Source of the DNA: Perkinsela sp. CCAP 1560/9
Taxonomy: Eukaryota > Protista > Euglenozoa: Kinetoplastea
DNA: 64,000 nucleotides
Direction: 5' to 3'
Assembly (NCBI GenBank): GCA_965644495.1
Contig: CBFFSA010000001.1
Location: 3,658,001-3,722,000, forward strand
The stretch's first letter is position 1; every line of letters starts with the position of its first letter. Below the pieces are notes generated by a model that did not search any database, was not told the origin of the DNA, and saw only the letters and a program-made list of their open reading frames with translations. A program made the translations under genes and the position numbers. Shown here in pieces: positions 10,465 to 20,662 of the stretch.

Positions 10465-11712
10465 CAGTGGTCGTCACTATTCTCAGAATCCGTAATTGAA
10501 CATTGAAAGGATTTTTTGATTCTCATTCTCATTTTCGCGACTATTCCCATTTTCGTGTTGATTTTGCCGTTGAACGTTGACAATAAATAGAAAAGAAGTA
10601 GAAAAAAATCTTTGGGTCACCTGCACTCAAACTGTACTCAAAAATACGTTTTTTCAAAACAAATGTTCCCTTCGACCAAATTTCCTTTCAAAGTCGTTCT
10701 GAGCGCTATCCACTGTGCGTGCGCTGGCCAAATGAAGTAGAATACAAGCTTGTAATGTCGCACGATCCCGAGTCTTTACCAATTTCCAGTGGGTAAGATC
10801 CATCATTCTTCCTTCTTGCTCCGTAACTGTTACGAACCAGTAGCCTGTTACGTGCTGACGCCTCCCACGGTTGTACTTACATTTTCCAATAAACGTTTCG
10901 TCAACCTGCATCCGGGCAAATTTTTAGTTTGAAGTCTTCTCCTGATGCGGGGCTGCGTTGCCAAGCGCTCGAATAATTTTCTGCACCACCTTCCGTTGCA
11001 CTCCACGGTTCTGGTAAATCTGCCCAGTACACAAATGGTTTGCGGCGTCTGCCCAAAGAAGTTCGTGTGAAGAGGATCGGAGAGAATTTGCTAATTCGGG
11101 CCCGACACAGGCTTCTCTCATTCGGAAGACGGTGTTGGCAAACCATCATGTCGGGCTTTCCTGGCACATATTGGAGATAGTCCGCCCCATGGAAGTAGCA
11201 CGCGGCATTTTCAAACAGGCCATGTGATCTCATCCAGGTTATGGCATCCTCGCCTTGCGGAACACAGCCAATGCTTCGCCACCCCCGAACACAAACAAAT
11301 CTGGTACACCCCGAGCAAAGTCGTCTCGCTCGCAAATTTCGCCATACTCTATTTTGAACAACGGGTTGAGTACGAGGTTTCGGATTATTTCCATACAATG
11401 CTGTCTCATGTGGAACACGCTCTATGACACGATCAAACGCCTCAAGGAACATCATTATGAGTCGATCGGCCTCATTAATTGAGTCGGTCGTGTTCATTTT
11501 GGTCTTCTGGCGGGTACAATAGGTGTCCCTAGGTATAATAAACCGGACTGTGGTTTACAAATTTTTGCCCAAATTGCACAACAGGGTCCCTTTTGATCCA
11601 TTCTCATTCTCATTTTCAAGGCCCTTTTTGAGCTGAACGTTGACACGATAATTTGTCATTCTTGAGAGGGTCATTCTCATTTTCGTGACTGTCATATTGG
11701 TGACGATCACTG
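10465..11712. mobile_element. pogo-type TIR shell (TA-flanked) carrying a Merlin transposase remnant
   Basis: TIR cagtggtcgtcac / gtgacgatcactg, TA on both sides; subterminal 'attctcatt' and 'tgaacgttgac' motifs shared with the pogo element at 35875-38810. Confidence 0.7.
10654..11497 (-). pseudogene. Merlin/IS1595-family DDE transposase, frameshifted and C-terminally truncated
   Basis: 'QVDETFIGKCKYNRGR..W' and 'LVKTRDRATL' signature; upstream Cys/His-rich segment in another frame (10901-11497). Confidence 0.8.
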
Positions 11713-11741
11713 TAGCTGTTTTTAAAATATACAGGGGTGGG

Positions 11742-11925
11742 CATTCATGCGTGATATTTCGCCGGTAACAACCGTAAAAGTAGTGGGAACGGTGTGGTGT
11801 GTGTACGCCACGAAAGCAGTACGCTTAGCGTACTCCCGGTATCACGTATGCACATTCCAAAACCCCTTGAGCGCGCTTGGGCTTTGACGAGGTGAAGAGA
11901 AACCATGCATTACACATCACTTTCC
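11742..11925. repeat. Structured ~185-bp repeat, copy 1 (four-way junction core 11746-11850)
   Basis: Near-identical to 12262-12444; stems catgcgtgata/tatcacgtatg, accgt/acggt, gtggtgt/acgccac, agtacgc/gcgtact. Confidence 0.85.
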
Positions 11926-11929
11926 CTAT

Positions 11930-12261
11930 TATCATCAGTCCTTTCTGGACTTTCTGTATGTCCTTTCTTTTCTTGTGATGAGTCTTACGCTTCTCAGGCA
12001 ACCCTCTTCTGAGTAACCTGAAGAAAATGAGCACCGAACCCATATATGCACCTGAAAGTCACTATCTTTGCTCTAAAATGCAGTTATACAAATTGGGTCT
12101 ATGCTGCATTTTTCAATTCTACATTATTTATTTTTTCTCCTACTCAAAATGCTTGCTTGTTTTTCACCACAACCTGTGCAGTACCTTTCAAAATTATTTG
12201 TCTCATCGGTTCTTACGACCTTTGCGAAGTCGCGCCGCTTCAGAGATGAGATATTCCTGAA
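11930..12261 (-). pseudogene. Decayed Cys-rich ORF fragment resembling a TnpB/Fanzor C-terminus
   Basis: Minus strand reads 'KVVRTDETNNFERYCTGCGEKQASILSRRKNK*CRIEKC', then DSDF / SGAYMG in shifted frames; ~95 bp of it recurs at 13765-13858. Confidence 0.3.
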
Positions 12262-12444
12262 CATTCATGCGTGATACTTCGCCGGTAACAACCGTAAAAG
12301 TAGTGGAAACGGTGTGGCGTGCGTACGCCACGAAAGCAGTACGCTTAGCGTACTCCCGGTACCACGTATGCACATTCCAAATCCCCTTCAGCCTCTTGGG
12401 CCATGACGAGGTGAAGAGAAACCATGCATTACACATCACTTTCC
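12262..12444. repeat. Structured ~185-bp repeat, copy 2
   Basis: Direct repeat of 11742-11925 with the same stems; homology stops sharply at 'cattcatgc'. Confidence 0.85.
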
Positions 12445-12510
12445 ATATTCGTTTCCGTCTAATGTAATAATCTTTTAGAATATACCACATTCCGCTTTAA
12501 CACTTCTGTA

Positions 12511-12667
12511 AAAGGGGGGTTCGTCTACGTATTATTAACAACCATCTACTATTAACAATGGTACTATTTCATCTATTAACATTCATCTATTATTACCAAA
12601 CATTATTATTATTAATAATAATATTATTAACAAAAAAGTTTGTTAATAATAGACGAACCCCCCCTTT
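12511..12667. mobile_element. Small MITE
   Basis: TIR aaaggggggttcgtcta / tagacgaaccccccttt; internal 'tattaaca' repeats. Confidence 0.7.
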
Positions 12668-12831
12668 AGCTAGGTACCATTGCCTGGGGCAATGTTATGA
12701 TGTTCCATGCGTTTTTTAGCGTCTCCCCCCCCTAAAAATTTTGTAGACTCCGGAAAAATGAATCAATTTTCTTTTTCAAAATTTTGACGTAACTTTAATT
12801 ACATCTTCTTCCATTATTACGGTTTCCGCCA

Positions 12832-13452
12832 TTATTCTATTAGAATCATCAAGAATAGGTAAGGCGCCAGTACATCGTGTGAAGTTCCATTTTCTGTCGA
12901 AAACCGTTCCGCTTCTCCATAGGGTGTCCTAACGTATGATGTTAAACCCTCGTATATGCTCAAGGTTACTTTAGTGAGACTTTCTGGTATATGAAAAGCT
13001 CTTAGAGCATCTTTTATTGCCGAGAAGGTGACAGAGGGAAACGCTTGTTTAAAGTCGACGAACGCAATGGCGACGCCTTTGCCTCTTGTGGCTTTGGTGG
13101 CTATTTCCACGAAGGTTGCTTGGGCACCTGCAGTGGATCTGTGTGGGCGAAACCCAACCTGATTAGAGCGCTGCATGTTTTCAACAACTGGCTGTATGCA
13201 CCCTAAAACCATCCTATTCATTATTTTCACAACGTGGTTGACAATGCATACTGGTCACCAGTTTGAGAACTCGTTCAGATTGCCCTTCTTCGGGGGTGGG
13301 ACTTGTAGAATAGTTTTCCATTTCTCCACAGCAACTCCGGTTCTCATTACGTCGTTCATAATATTTAGCAACGTACCCAGTAAAGATTCACTTTGAGCCA
13401 GAGCTCGAAGAGCCTCTATAGGGATATCATCAGATCCAGACGCCTTTCCAAA
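12832..13452 (-). pseudogene. Non-LTR retrotransposon reverse transcriptase fragment
   Basis: 'GKASGSDDIPIE', 'PKKGNLNEFSNW*PV', 'QVGFRPHRST', 'FVDFKQAFPSV', 'LAPYLF'; one in-frame stop; truncated before the YADD motif. Confidence 0.85.
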
Positions 13453-13890
13453 CCCCCTCTACCGATGAGCCACCACGCGAGATTCTCAACACTGCTCCCC
13501 TACATGGTCCTCCAGATTTTCGATACGCATGTACGCTGACGGAGTACTTTAATAAAGTTCAAGAACGCCAAGAAAATGAAAAAAAAAGAAGTCGATGCAA
13601 TGGGCGAAGGGTAATATACTGAATAAACGAAGTTTTTCTTTGTTTTCAAAAAAAGTACCTCAAAAAAATCTCATGAAAAGTTAACCTTCCTGTAGCTACT
13701 TAACATTCTTGTAGCTACTTAATATTCCCCACGGAATGTTAAGCCGGAGTGGTTTAATATTTTGTTCCTTTCTTTCTGATGAGTCTTACGCTTCTCAGGC
13801 AACCCTCTTCTGAATAACCTGAAGAAAATGAGCACCGAACCCATATATGCACCTGAAAAATATATATTTCATACCAGCTTAACATTTGTC

Positions 13891-14560
13891 TTATTGCGGT
13901 GGTTGTATAACTACCGCTCTACTCTCGATTATTGCGGTGGTTGTATAACTACCGCTCTACCCTCGATTATTGAAAAAAGGTGAACAAAAACAGTGAAAAT
14001 ATAAAGAGGAACACAGTAATATAATAGAAGAAAAAATATAAAAGGGGGCTCCGGTGGTCCAAAACTGAAAAAAAGAATTCGAAAAAATGGGGGGGGGGGA
14101 GCCAAGGGGGGGGGCATACGTCGCGAAATTTTTTTCGATTTTTTTGCTTTTCAAAATCGAGCGCAGGGAAGTGGTAGAGTAGGCCGCGGCGATGACTTTC
14201 CACCCCCCCCAGGGGGTACCCCCCCTGGTACGCGCGAGAGGGGTCCGACAAGGTCAAAAATTCTGAAATTTTTGGGATGACCCAAAAAACTATTTTTGAT
14301 CCAAAACAAAATAGAAATATTCTTTTTCCAGAATCGACTCCTAAAAAGCATTTTAAGAGTTTAGGACCTCAGCTACCGTTCTGCGACATTGTTTTCGATA
14401 GATTCGTCCCCTACCCCTACTGGTAAGACATCAAAAACGGCCCAAATTCGGGTTAAAATTTCGTAATTTTTGCCGAGAAATCGAGCTTTTTCCCCGAAAA
14501 AAGTAGATTTTTCATGATCTTTTGGAGATTTTTCTTTTTTAGGCTCTTCGTTAAACGCCA
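13891..14560 (-). mobile_element. Hairpin-ended (Helentron/DINE-like) non-autonomous repeat, copy 1
   Basis: Homologous to 14615-15300 and, inverted, to 38856-39766; terminal hairpin gcggtggtt-gtat-aactaccgc duplicated as a 38-bp tandem (13891-13966). Confidence 0.55.
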
Positions 14561-14614
14561 AAATTGCGCAAAAATGGGTAATTTTAGACCTCCCCAGCAC
14601 CTGATTTGCACGCC

Positions 14615-15300
14615 TGTATAACTACCGCTCTACCCTCTATTATTGAAAAAAAACAGTGAAAAAAATATAAAGAGGAACACAGTAATGTAATAGAAGAAAA
14701 ATGTGTATTAAAGAGGGCCCCGGTGGTCCAAAACTCAAAAAAAAATTGAAAAAATGAGGGGTGGGGCATACGTCACGAAACTTTTTTCGAATTTTTTGCT
14801 TTTCAAAATCGAGCGCCGGGAAGTGGTAGAGTATGTCGCGGGGATAATTTTCCACCCCCCCACCTCGGGGTTTTCCACCCCCCCCCCTGGTACGCGCAGT
14901 AAGGGTCCGACAAGTTCGAAAATTCTGAAATTTTTGGGGTGACCCCCAAAAAAAAAATTGATCAAAAACAAAATAAGAACAATATTTTTCCAAAAATCGA
15001 CTCCTAAAACGTATTTTGAGAGTTTGGAACCTCAGCTACCATTCTACGACTTTTTTTCGAGAGATTCGCCTCCTGCCCCTACTGGTAAGGTAGCAAACGT
15101 GGCACAAATTTTAGTTACAATTTCGCAATTTTCGCCGAAAAATCGAGCGTTTTCACCCAAAATAGATTTTTCATGATCTTTTGGCGATTTTTCTTTTTTA
15201 TGCTCTTCGTTAAACGCGGAGGTAGTTTTCAACGCGAAGCGCGCAGCATGAGTGACTTCTAAGTTGAAAACAACCACCGCGTTTAACGAAGAGTCTAAAT
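14615..15300 (-). mobile_element. Hairpin-ended repeat, copy 2 (tandem with copy 1)
   Basis: Same body as copy 1; ends in a ~90-bp foldback ctcttcgttaaacgcgg...ccgcgtttaacgaagag (15203-15293). Confidence 0.55.
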
Positions 15301-15600
15301 TAAAATACGCTTCTTTGAACACCTTTTTTCGATCGTTGAACATGAACATGTAAACCACAGTTCAGTTTACCATACCTATACCCCCGCAATATGTTGGGGG
15401 GTATATTACTGTGTCCACTCCGTTTTGCTATACCCATCCTCCGACAGTAATATCTAAAATCTTAGAAAAGGCCTGACGGAAAAAGTATTTACAAAAAATA
15501 AAGGAGATTTCGCGTCTTTTGACCCTAAACTGGCTTTTTCATAAAATTCGTAAACAAATTTTGCAATAAGTCGCCCCGCTAAGCTAATAGTCCTAACCTG

Positions 15601-16347
15601 ATGCATGCATTTTCGGAACACGACGCTATTACTCGTAAAGGAAAAGTGCGTTCTTTTCTCGTTCCTTCTCCTGAGGCCCAGCTGTGGGAATTCGCAAAGC
15701 ATTTTGACGCCCCCATCCCGAGTTGGAACGTTAAAACCCCGATAGAGAGCTGGTATGGAATTTTTTACGGAGATAAAATTTGGAGAGTAGAATATTCGTT
15801 CCCCCAACTTGGTGGTGTGCTACGCTTGGAAGTTTTGCCAAGAGGTGTAACTCACTTGTCTCTCACACGTTGTGGCCTGCGGGGACAACTAAACCTAGAT
15901 GATCTCCCTGGGGGTACGGTTGATCTTCATCTCAATAAAAACTTTTTTTCTGGACCCATTTCGTTAGACTTACTTCCTGTAACCCTTCAAATCTTGAATC
16001 TTTCGAATAACAGGTTATGTGGTTCTTTGTCATTCGACTTATTACCACTATCTTTATTAAAAGTATATTTGCAAAGCAACATTTTCGGAGGTGCTTTTAG
16101 GCTACATGAGGTTCCTGACACGGTACGCGTTTTAGATTTGAGTAGCAATCGCCTCATGGGATTAGTCAATGTGACAAGCTTTTCGACTCAGAAAAATCAA
16201 ATTATTAAACTGAGCAGAAATGAACTCCTTTTCGAGCCTGACATCACGCATCCCAACATTGAAAAGGAGCTACACTCTGACTTTGAACTTTTCCTAATTT
16301 CGGCGTCTGTCATTTCATGGGTATTTCTTGCCATTTATGCCACTTAA
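15601..16347 (+). CDS. LRR protein with C-terminal hydrophobic (TM/GPI-like) tail
   Basis: Cap 'PSWNVKTPIESWYGI'; LRRs 'LQILNLSNNRLCGSLSFDLLP'; tail 'LFLISASVISWVFLAIYAT'. Confidence 0.85.
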   Translation: MHAFSEHDAITRKGKVRSFLVPSPEAQLWEFAKHFDAPIPSWNVKTPIESWYGIFYGDKIWRVEYSFPQLGGVLRLEVLPRGVTHLSLTRCGLRGQLNLDDLPGGTVDLHLNKNFFSGPISLDLLPVTLQILNLSNNRLCGSLSFDLLPLSLLKVYLQSNIFGGAFRLHEVPDTVRVLDLSSNRLMGLVNVTSFSTQKNQIIKLSRNELLFEPDITHPNIEKELHSDFELFLISASVISWVFLAIYAT

Positions 16348-16617
16348 CGTTATCGAAAATTTTACCTTTATCGTAAAATTAACGTTATCGAAAATGATGA
16401 TACAGACGCTGATCAACTACTATTTGCGCTTACTTACATAACTTACAACTTGTAGCTTTCCTTCAATTTATCTTTCCTTAATTTATCGTTCCCGTAATAT
16501 TTACGGGCACTGTACAAATTTTTGCGAGCACTGCGCTTACAAGAACGTACAACGTACTCACCTTTTTCTCACACCCATCCCGAATTCTCCCCTTTCCCTT
16601 TTACTACCACTTCCCCC

Positions 16618-17373
16618 ATGCACGCAACACGCCTTTCTTCCCTCTCTAACCGCTACACCCTATCCCACCCTCCCCTCCCCACCTCACTCCAACACTTCAC
16701 CCCTTCCCTTTTCTCCTTTTCTCGCCCCCGACTCCCACCTCTCTTTTCCCCTCGCATCACCTTTCCCCTCCCTCGTATCGCCTCCCCCTCCCCCTCCTCC
16801 CCCTACACCTTTTCCCTCCCCCCCTACTCCACCACAACCCCCACACGCCATCCCACAACCCCCTCCTCCCCCTCCTCCCCCCGCCCCCCTCTCGAGCCCA
16901 TGCCCACCAAGGACCGCTACCCCCCACCCGGGTACAACCCCCACGACCCCCGCACCCCCCTCGCCCTCCTCATCGACGGCTCCACCCTCTCCCCCGCGAC
17001 CTACGCGGACCGCCTCCCCCTCCTCACCCACCCCCGCGACCCCCACCCCCGCGGCACCACCTACCTCCCCCTCCTCCACCGCGTCTTCGCCCACACCCTC
17101 CCCCCGGACTGGGCCGTCCCCCTCCCCGCCCTCGGCGTCTCCCCCGAGCCCTTCCGCGTCGAGTCCTTCCTCCCGGTCCGGATGCAGATGGGGGCGGACG
17201 CCCACCACCTGGTCGAGTTCACGGCGGACAACAAGTACCGCGCGGTAGGCTTCGTGTGTGTGGCCGAGGACCGGGGGTATTTCGAAAAGGTGGCGTGGGG
17301 GCTGCGGGGGTACGGGGTGGAGTTCCTGGTGCTGGACAGCGCGGGGGAGTTGAGTGTGCAGAGGGAGGGGTGA
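16618..17373 (+). CDS. Putative mitochondrial protein with a degenerate NYN/PIN-like domain
   Basis: Pro/Ser/Arg-rich leader, then 'PLALLIDG', 'MGADAHHL', 'EDRGYFEKVAWGLRGYGVEFLVL'. Confidence 0.5.
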   Translation: MHATRLSSLSNRYTLSHPPLPTSLQHFTPSLFSFSRPRLPPLFSPRITFPLPRIASPSPSSPYTFSLPPYSTTTPTRHPTTPSSPSSPRPPLEPMPTKDRYPPPGYNPHDPRTPLALLIDGSTLSPATYADRLPLLTHPRDPHPRGTTYLPLLHRVFAHTLPPDWAVPLPALGVSPEPFRVESFLPVRMQMGADAHHLVEFTADNKYRAVGFVCVAEDRGYFEKVAWGLRGYGVEFLVLDSAGELSVQREG

Positions 17374-17556
17374 ATGGGGAGGGGGGAGGGGGGGTAGAGG
17401 ATGAGAAGGGTAGAGGAGGAACAGAAAAGAGGCGGGTGGTTTTGATGGAAAGTTTTGCTTTGTCGTTTTTTGTAACATGATAGGGAGGGGTAGAATTTTC
17501 TTTTTTTATTGAATCTCCTGTCTTGGTACTTACATTTGCCCCCCTCCCTTGTTTGC

Positions 17557-18432
17557 ATGATCCTTGAAAATGTTTTCCATCGAAAATTACTGTATCGCAC
17601 AACCCTCCAGTACACCAACGATTATCAAAGGCACAGATTGTGGGAAGGGCTTTATTCTCGAATCCGAAACTCAAGGCGAGCAAATATGCGTTATTTCCAC
17701 AGTTTTGTCCTGTATCATTTCGTGCAGACGGTTCATTTCGTTCTAAAAGAACATCAGTGTCATCCCAAGAGAACCACTTTCAACATATTATTATGCGATA
17801 TAAAATCCATAAGACGATTGAAAATGAAACATCGCAATATCAATCGTGCGACAGATGCCCTCTGTTTTGTACACCCTTTCTCTTTAAATCAACTAGAAAC
17901 GGCGTTCCGCACCTTGGAATCTATGGATTCTGTGCTTGAACCTGCCCCGAATGTTCTGGTTGAGAATGATTTGGGAATCATAGCGCTTTGTCCCTGCTAC
18001 ATTATAGGACAGTGTCTTAGAAAAAGGGGTACCTCACTTGGATGGATAGAAAAGCCTAAAGTAGACCACAATGCCTATCTGAAATCACGTAATACAAACA
18101 TTTGCATGTCTCATATGGATAAAACGTTTATTGGCCTCTTGTGGCGACGTACCACTGCGGTAGCCATCCATGTTGGCTTGCATGTGCTAGGTTATACTCA
18201 CCCGGAATCGTTACCTCAACGGTATCAGCGTACTGTCTCTAACGGTCTATGTTTCCTTAAGAGAGCGCTTGGGTTTGATTCGACGCAAACGTTAAAGAGT
18301 ACCTCAATGGCTCAAAAAGAGCGTCAGCTAGCCAGAAAATATATTTTCAACATTTATCGACGAAAGAGAAGGATTCTTATGGGTCCAGGTGAAAGGTTTG
18401 CACGTTTAAGCCCTTTTACTCCTGTTGTCTAG
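17557..18432 (+). CDS. Hypothetical protein
   Basis: ~290-aa ORF co-oriented with the gene array; no recognisable motif. Confidence 0.5.
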   Translation: MILENVFHRKLLYRTTLQYTNDYQRHRLWEGLYSRIRNSRRANMRYFHSFVLYHFVQTVHFVLKEHQCHPKRTTFNILLCDIKSIRRLKMKHRNINRATDALCFVHPFSLNQLETAFRTLESMDSVLEPAPNVLVENDLGIIALCPCYIIGQCLRKRGTSLGWIEKPKVDHNAYLKSRNTNICMSHMDKTFIGLLWRRTTAVAIHVGLHVLGYTHPESLPQRYQRTVSNGLCFLKRALGFDSTQTLKSTSMAQKERQLARKYIFNIYRRKRRILMGPGERFARLSPFTPVV

Positions 18433-18875
18433 CGTAGAACCATTTTTTTCCTGTGTAACTTGTTCAATTTTTGAGAAGCTTTTGAGCCATTCTCACCTAG
18501 ATACACAAGGGTGGCGATTTCTAGATCATACTCCTTGGTTAACACCTCTGTAATACACCTCTGTATAAAGAATTCATTTTTCATTCTTTCCAAAAGCTAG
18601 TATTTCTTGTTGACTCCTAAATACATGTATCTCCTGAATTTGGTTTTTTCTTCGCGATATGTTTTTGGTTTACGTCGCATGTTCTGATGAGTGTTCCGGG
18701 ACTGAACGTATCCAAGCAAGTCGCATTTGAGGGGCAGGACTTCCGCAAGAGTACGAACCTGAGCAACTGGTACGCGACATTTCTACTCGTCTTCCATCAT
18801 GGACATCTCACACTCCCGCCTGTAAATGGGAGTGCTTCTCCTGCAACACGGACTTGAAAGTAATATGGCTTATCG

Positions 18876-20261
18876 CTAGGAACATGAAGGGTAAGCTTGA
18901 CCTCCCACATCTCCCTTTCTCTTTCGAACGCTTGCAATGTGCAAGAGGGTATCTTTTTGGATCACTTTAGCTGCATGAACTCCCGTCAAGCTTACAGGAG
19001 CTCGATCTTTCGCGTGGGAAGCTGTAAGGAGTCCTAGGTAGCATGTTTCGATAGCTACATACGTGCTTGCATCTGTTTCCCAAGCGACCGTCTCGACAAG
19101 AGCACCTAGTTCCATTGAGTCCTATGTAGAGGGTATAGCTTCTTTCCGTATTTCCAAGGACCTGGTATATTCACCAAATTCTGTTTTTCCTTGACGTCTC
19201 ATGAGACGAATATGCTCTTGCATTGCCCTACCAAGTCGAGTTGTAGGGGCGTCTTCCTCACTTGAATCGCTCGATGCATCATCCGGTTCGCCGCTGGATG
19301 ATTCTTCCTCCTCCAACACATCTTCCCCATCAGGAAAGGGCCCTGACGAGTGTTCCGCCATAACTTTCATTAGTTTCTGAAAGCGATGAACAGGAGGAGT
19401 CTTAAAAAACATTTGGCATAAAATGCTGGCTCGTGATTGGCATCTTTCAATGGTTCGTCCCCAGGTGTGAAAAAAACTTGAACAATGTTGTTTTAGGGTG
19501 GCGTGTGCAGGCTCTGCATTGTTCGTATGTACAGTGAATCCTGGAGAGTGTTCGCGCGAAAATGCGTCTGCATGACATGTCGTATGACGTCGACAGAATT
19601 CGTCTGCTCCACGATACGCGCGCCATTCGTCTGTAATAACAAGGGCGTTTCTTCCTGCAATGACGCATCGTATGAAATCATGGCATATGTCCTTGGTACG
19701 ACGAATTGTAGCCTCCCAATAAGTCTGTGTAGACTTTCCTGTTTCTGGATCTACTTCGGTTGCTGTTATAAACCAAAATTTACATTGACGCACCTTTCGC
19801 CCTCGGTTATGAAGGCGTCTTCCAATATAGGTTTCATCAACCATTAAGTAAGCCATGAGCGTCTGTGAAGCCCGAATAACTGAGAAGGTTCTTTCTAGCT
19901 GTTCAATATCGCGCAGAACCTGGCGTTGAGACGGACGAACGCTGAGAGCAATTGAACTTGGAAGGTGGCCCTGAGCGAAGAGCAACCAGATTCGAAATTT
20001 GGAAACAATGCTAGTTCCACTGGGGAAGAAATGACCATATAATGCAATTTTTAATCAGCACTTGCTCCCATTTGCCAATCGTTTGTAGCAGATTCTGCCC
20101 AGAGGTCTGACTTCACAACGTGGACAAACTGTTGAGCTGCCGAAATCATGGCCTTGAAGCCAAAGAATCACATTTTCCTCGGTAATATCAAGCACTGACT
20201 TCACCAAAAGAAGACATGCAAATGTGACAACCAGAGCAATCCATAACAGGTGCAATTCCAA
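18876..20261 (-). pseudogene. Merlin/IS1595-family transposase, near full length, with in-frame stops
   Basis: One frame throughout: zinc ribbon 'CPRC..C..C*' (TGA at 20055-57), 'MVDETYIGRRLHNRGRK', 'ITDEWRAY', 'HTNNAE', acidic tract, TAG at 19122-24, then a further ~80 codons. No convincing TIRs found. Confidence 0.85.
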
Positions 20262-20662
20262 TAAAAAAGAGAATATTTTATAAGGTAGAAGTCTATTTCG
20301 ATAAAATATACTCTAACCTGCGTATTTAGATCATGGACAACCACTTTAATACACTGAAGTATACATTTTCGAGACCGATAAAATGTCTAAAACGCCTAAA
20401 AATAGCGTTTTCTTGCTCATTTCGCACCGACAAAAAGAAGAGGAAAATATTTTCTTTTGCATTTTTTTGGGTACATTTTCATGTCGTTCATCCCGAAAAA
20501 ATAAACAAGTGCTAAGAACAATTTTAAGTTGGTGGGAGGACCAGTATAAAACCACTTTTAAGAAACTTTTGCTGTCTCTTCAAGGGCGCATGGATTTCTT
20601 TTTCTTCCTTCAAACTTCCCTTAACAGACCTCCTTACTTATTTTTTCTCCTTGTGGTGTGCT

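Noticed and set aside
12266-12370. HDV-like ribozyme or tRNA in the structured repeat
   Set aside because: 'ggcgaa' follows a hairpin on the minus strand, but no P1/P2/P3 pseudoknot can be built, and there is no TTC loop or correct arm lengths for a tRNA.
13776-13858. 'ctgatgag' hammerhead ribozyme core
   Set aside because: No stem II closed by GAAA and no matching stems I/III; the paralogous copy near 11976 reads gtgatgag.
18522-20334. 8-bp direct repeat 'tagatcat' as the TSD of the Merlin element
   Set aside because: No terminal inverted repeats adjoin the two copies, so the boundaries cannot be supported.
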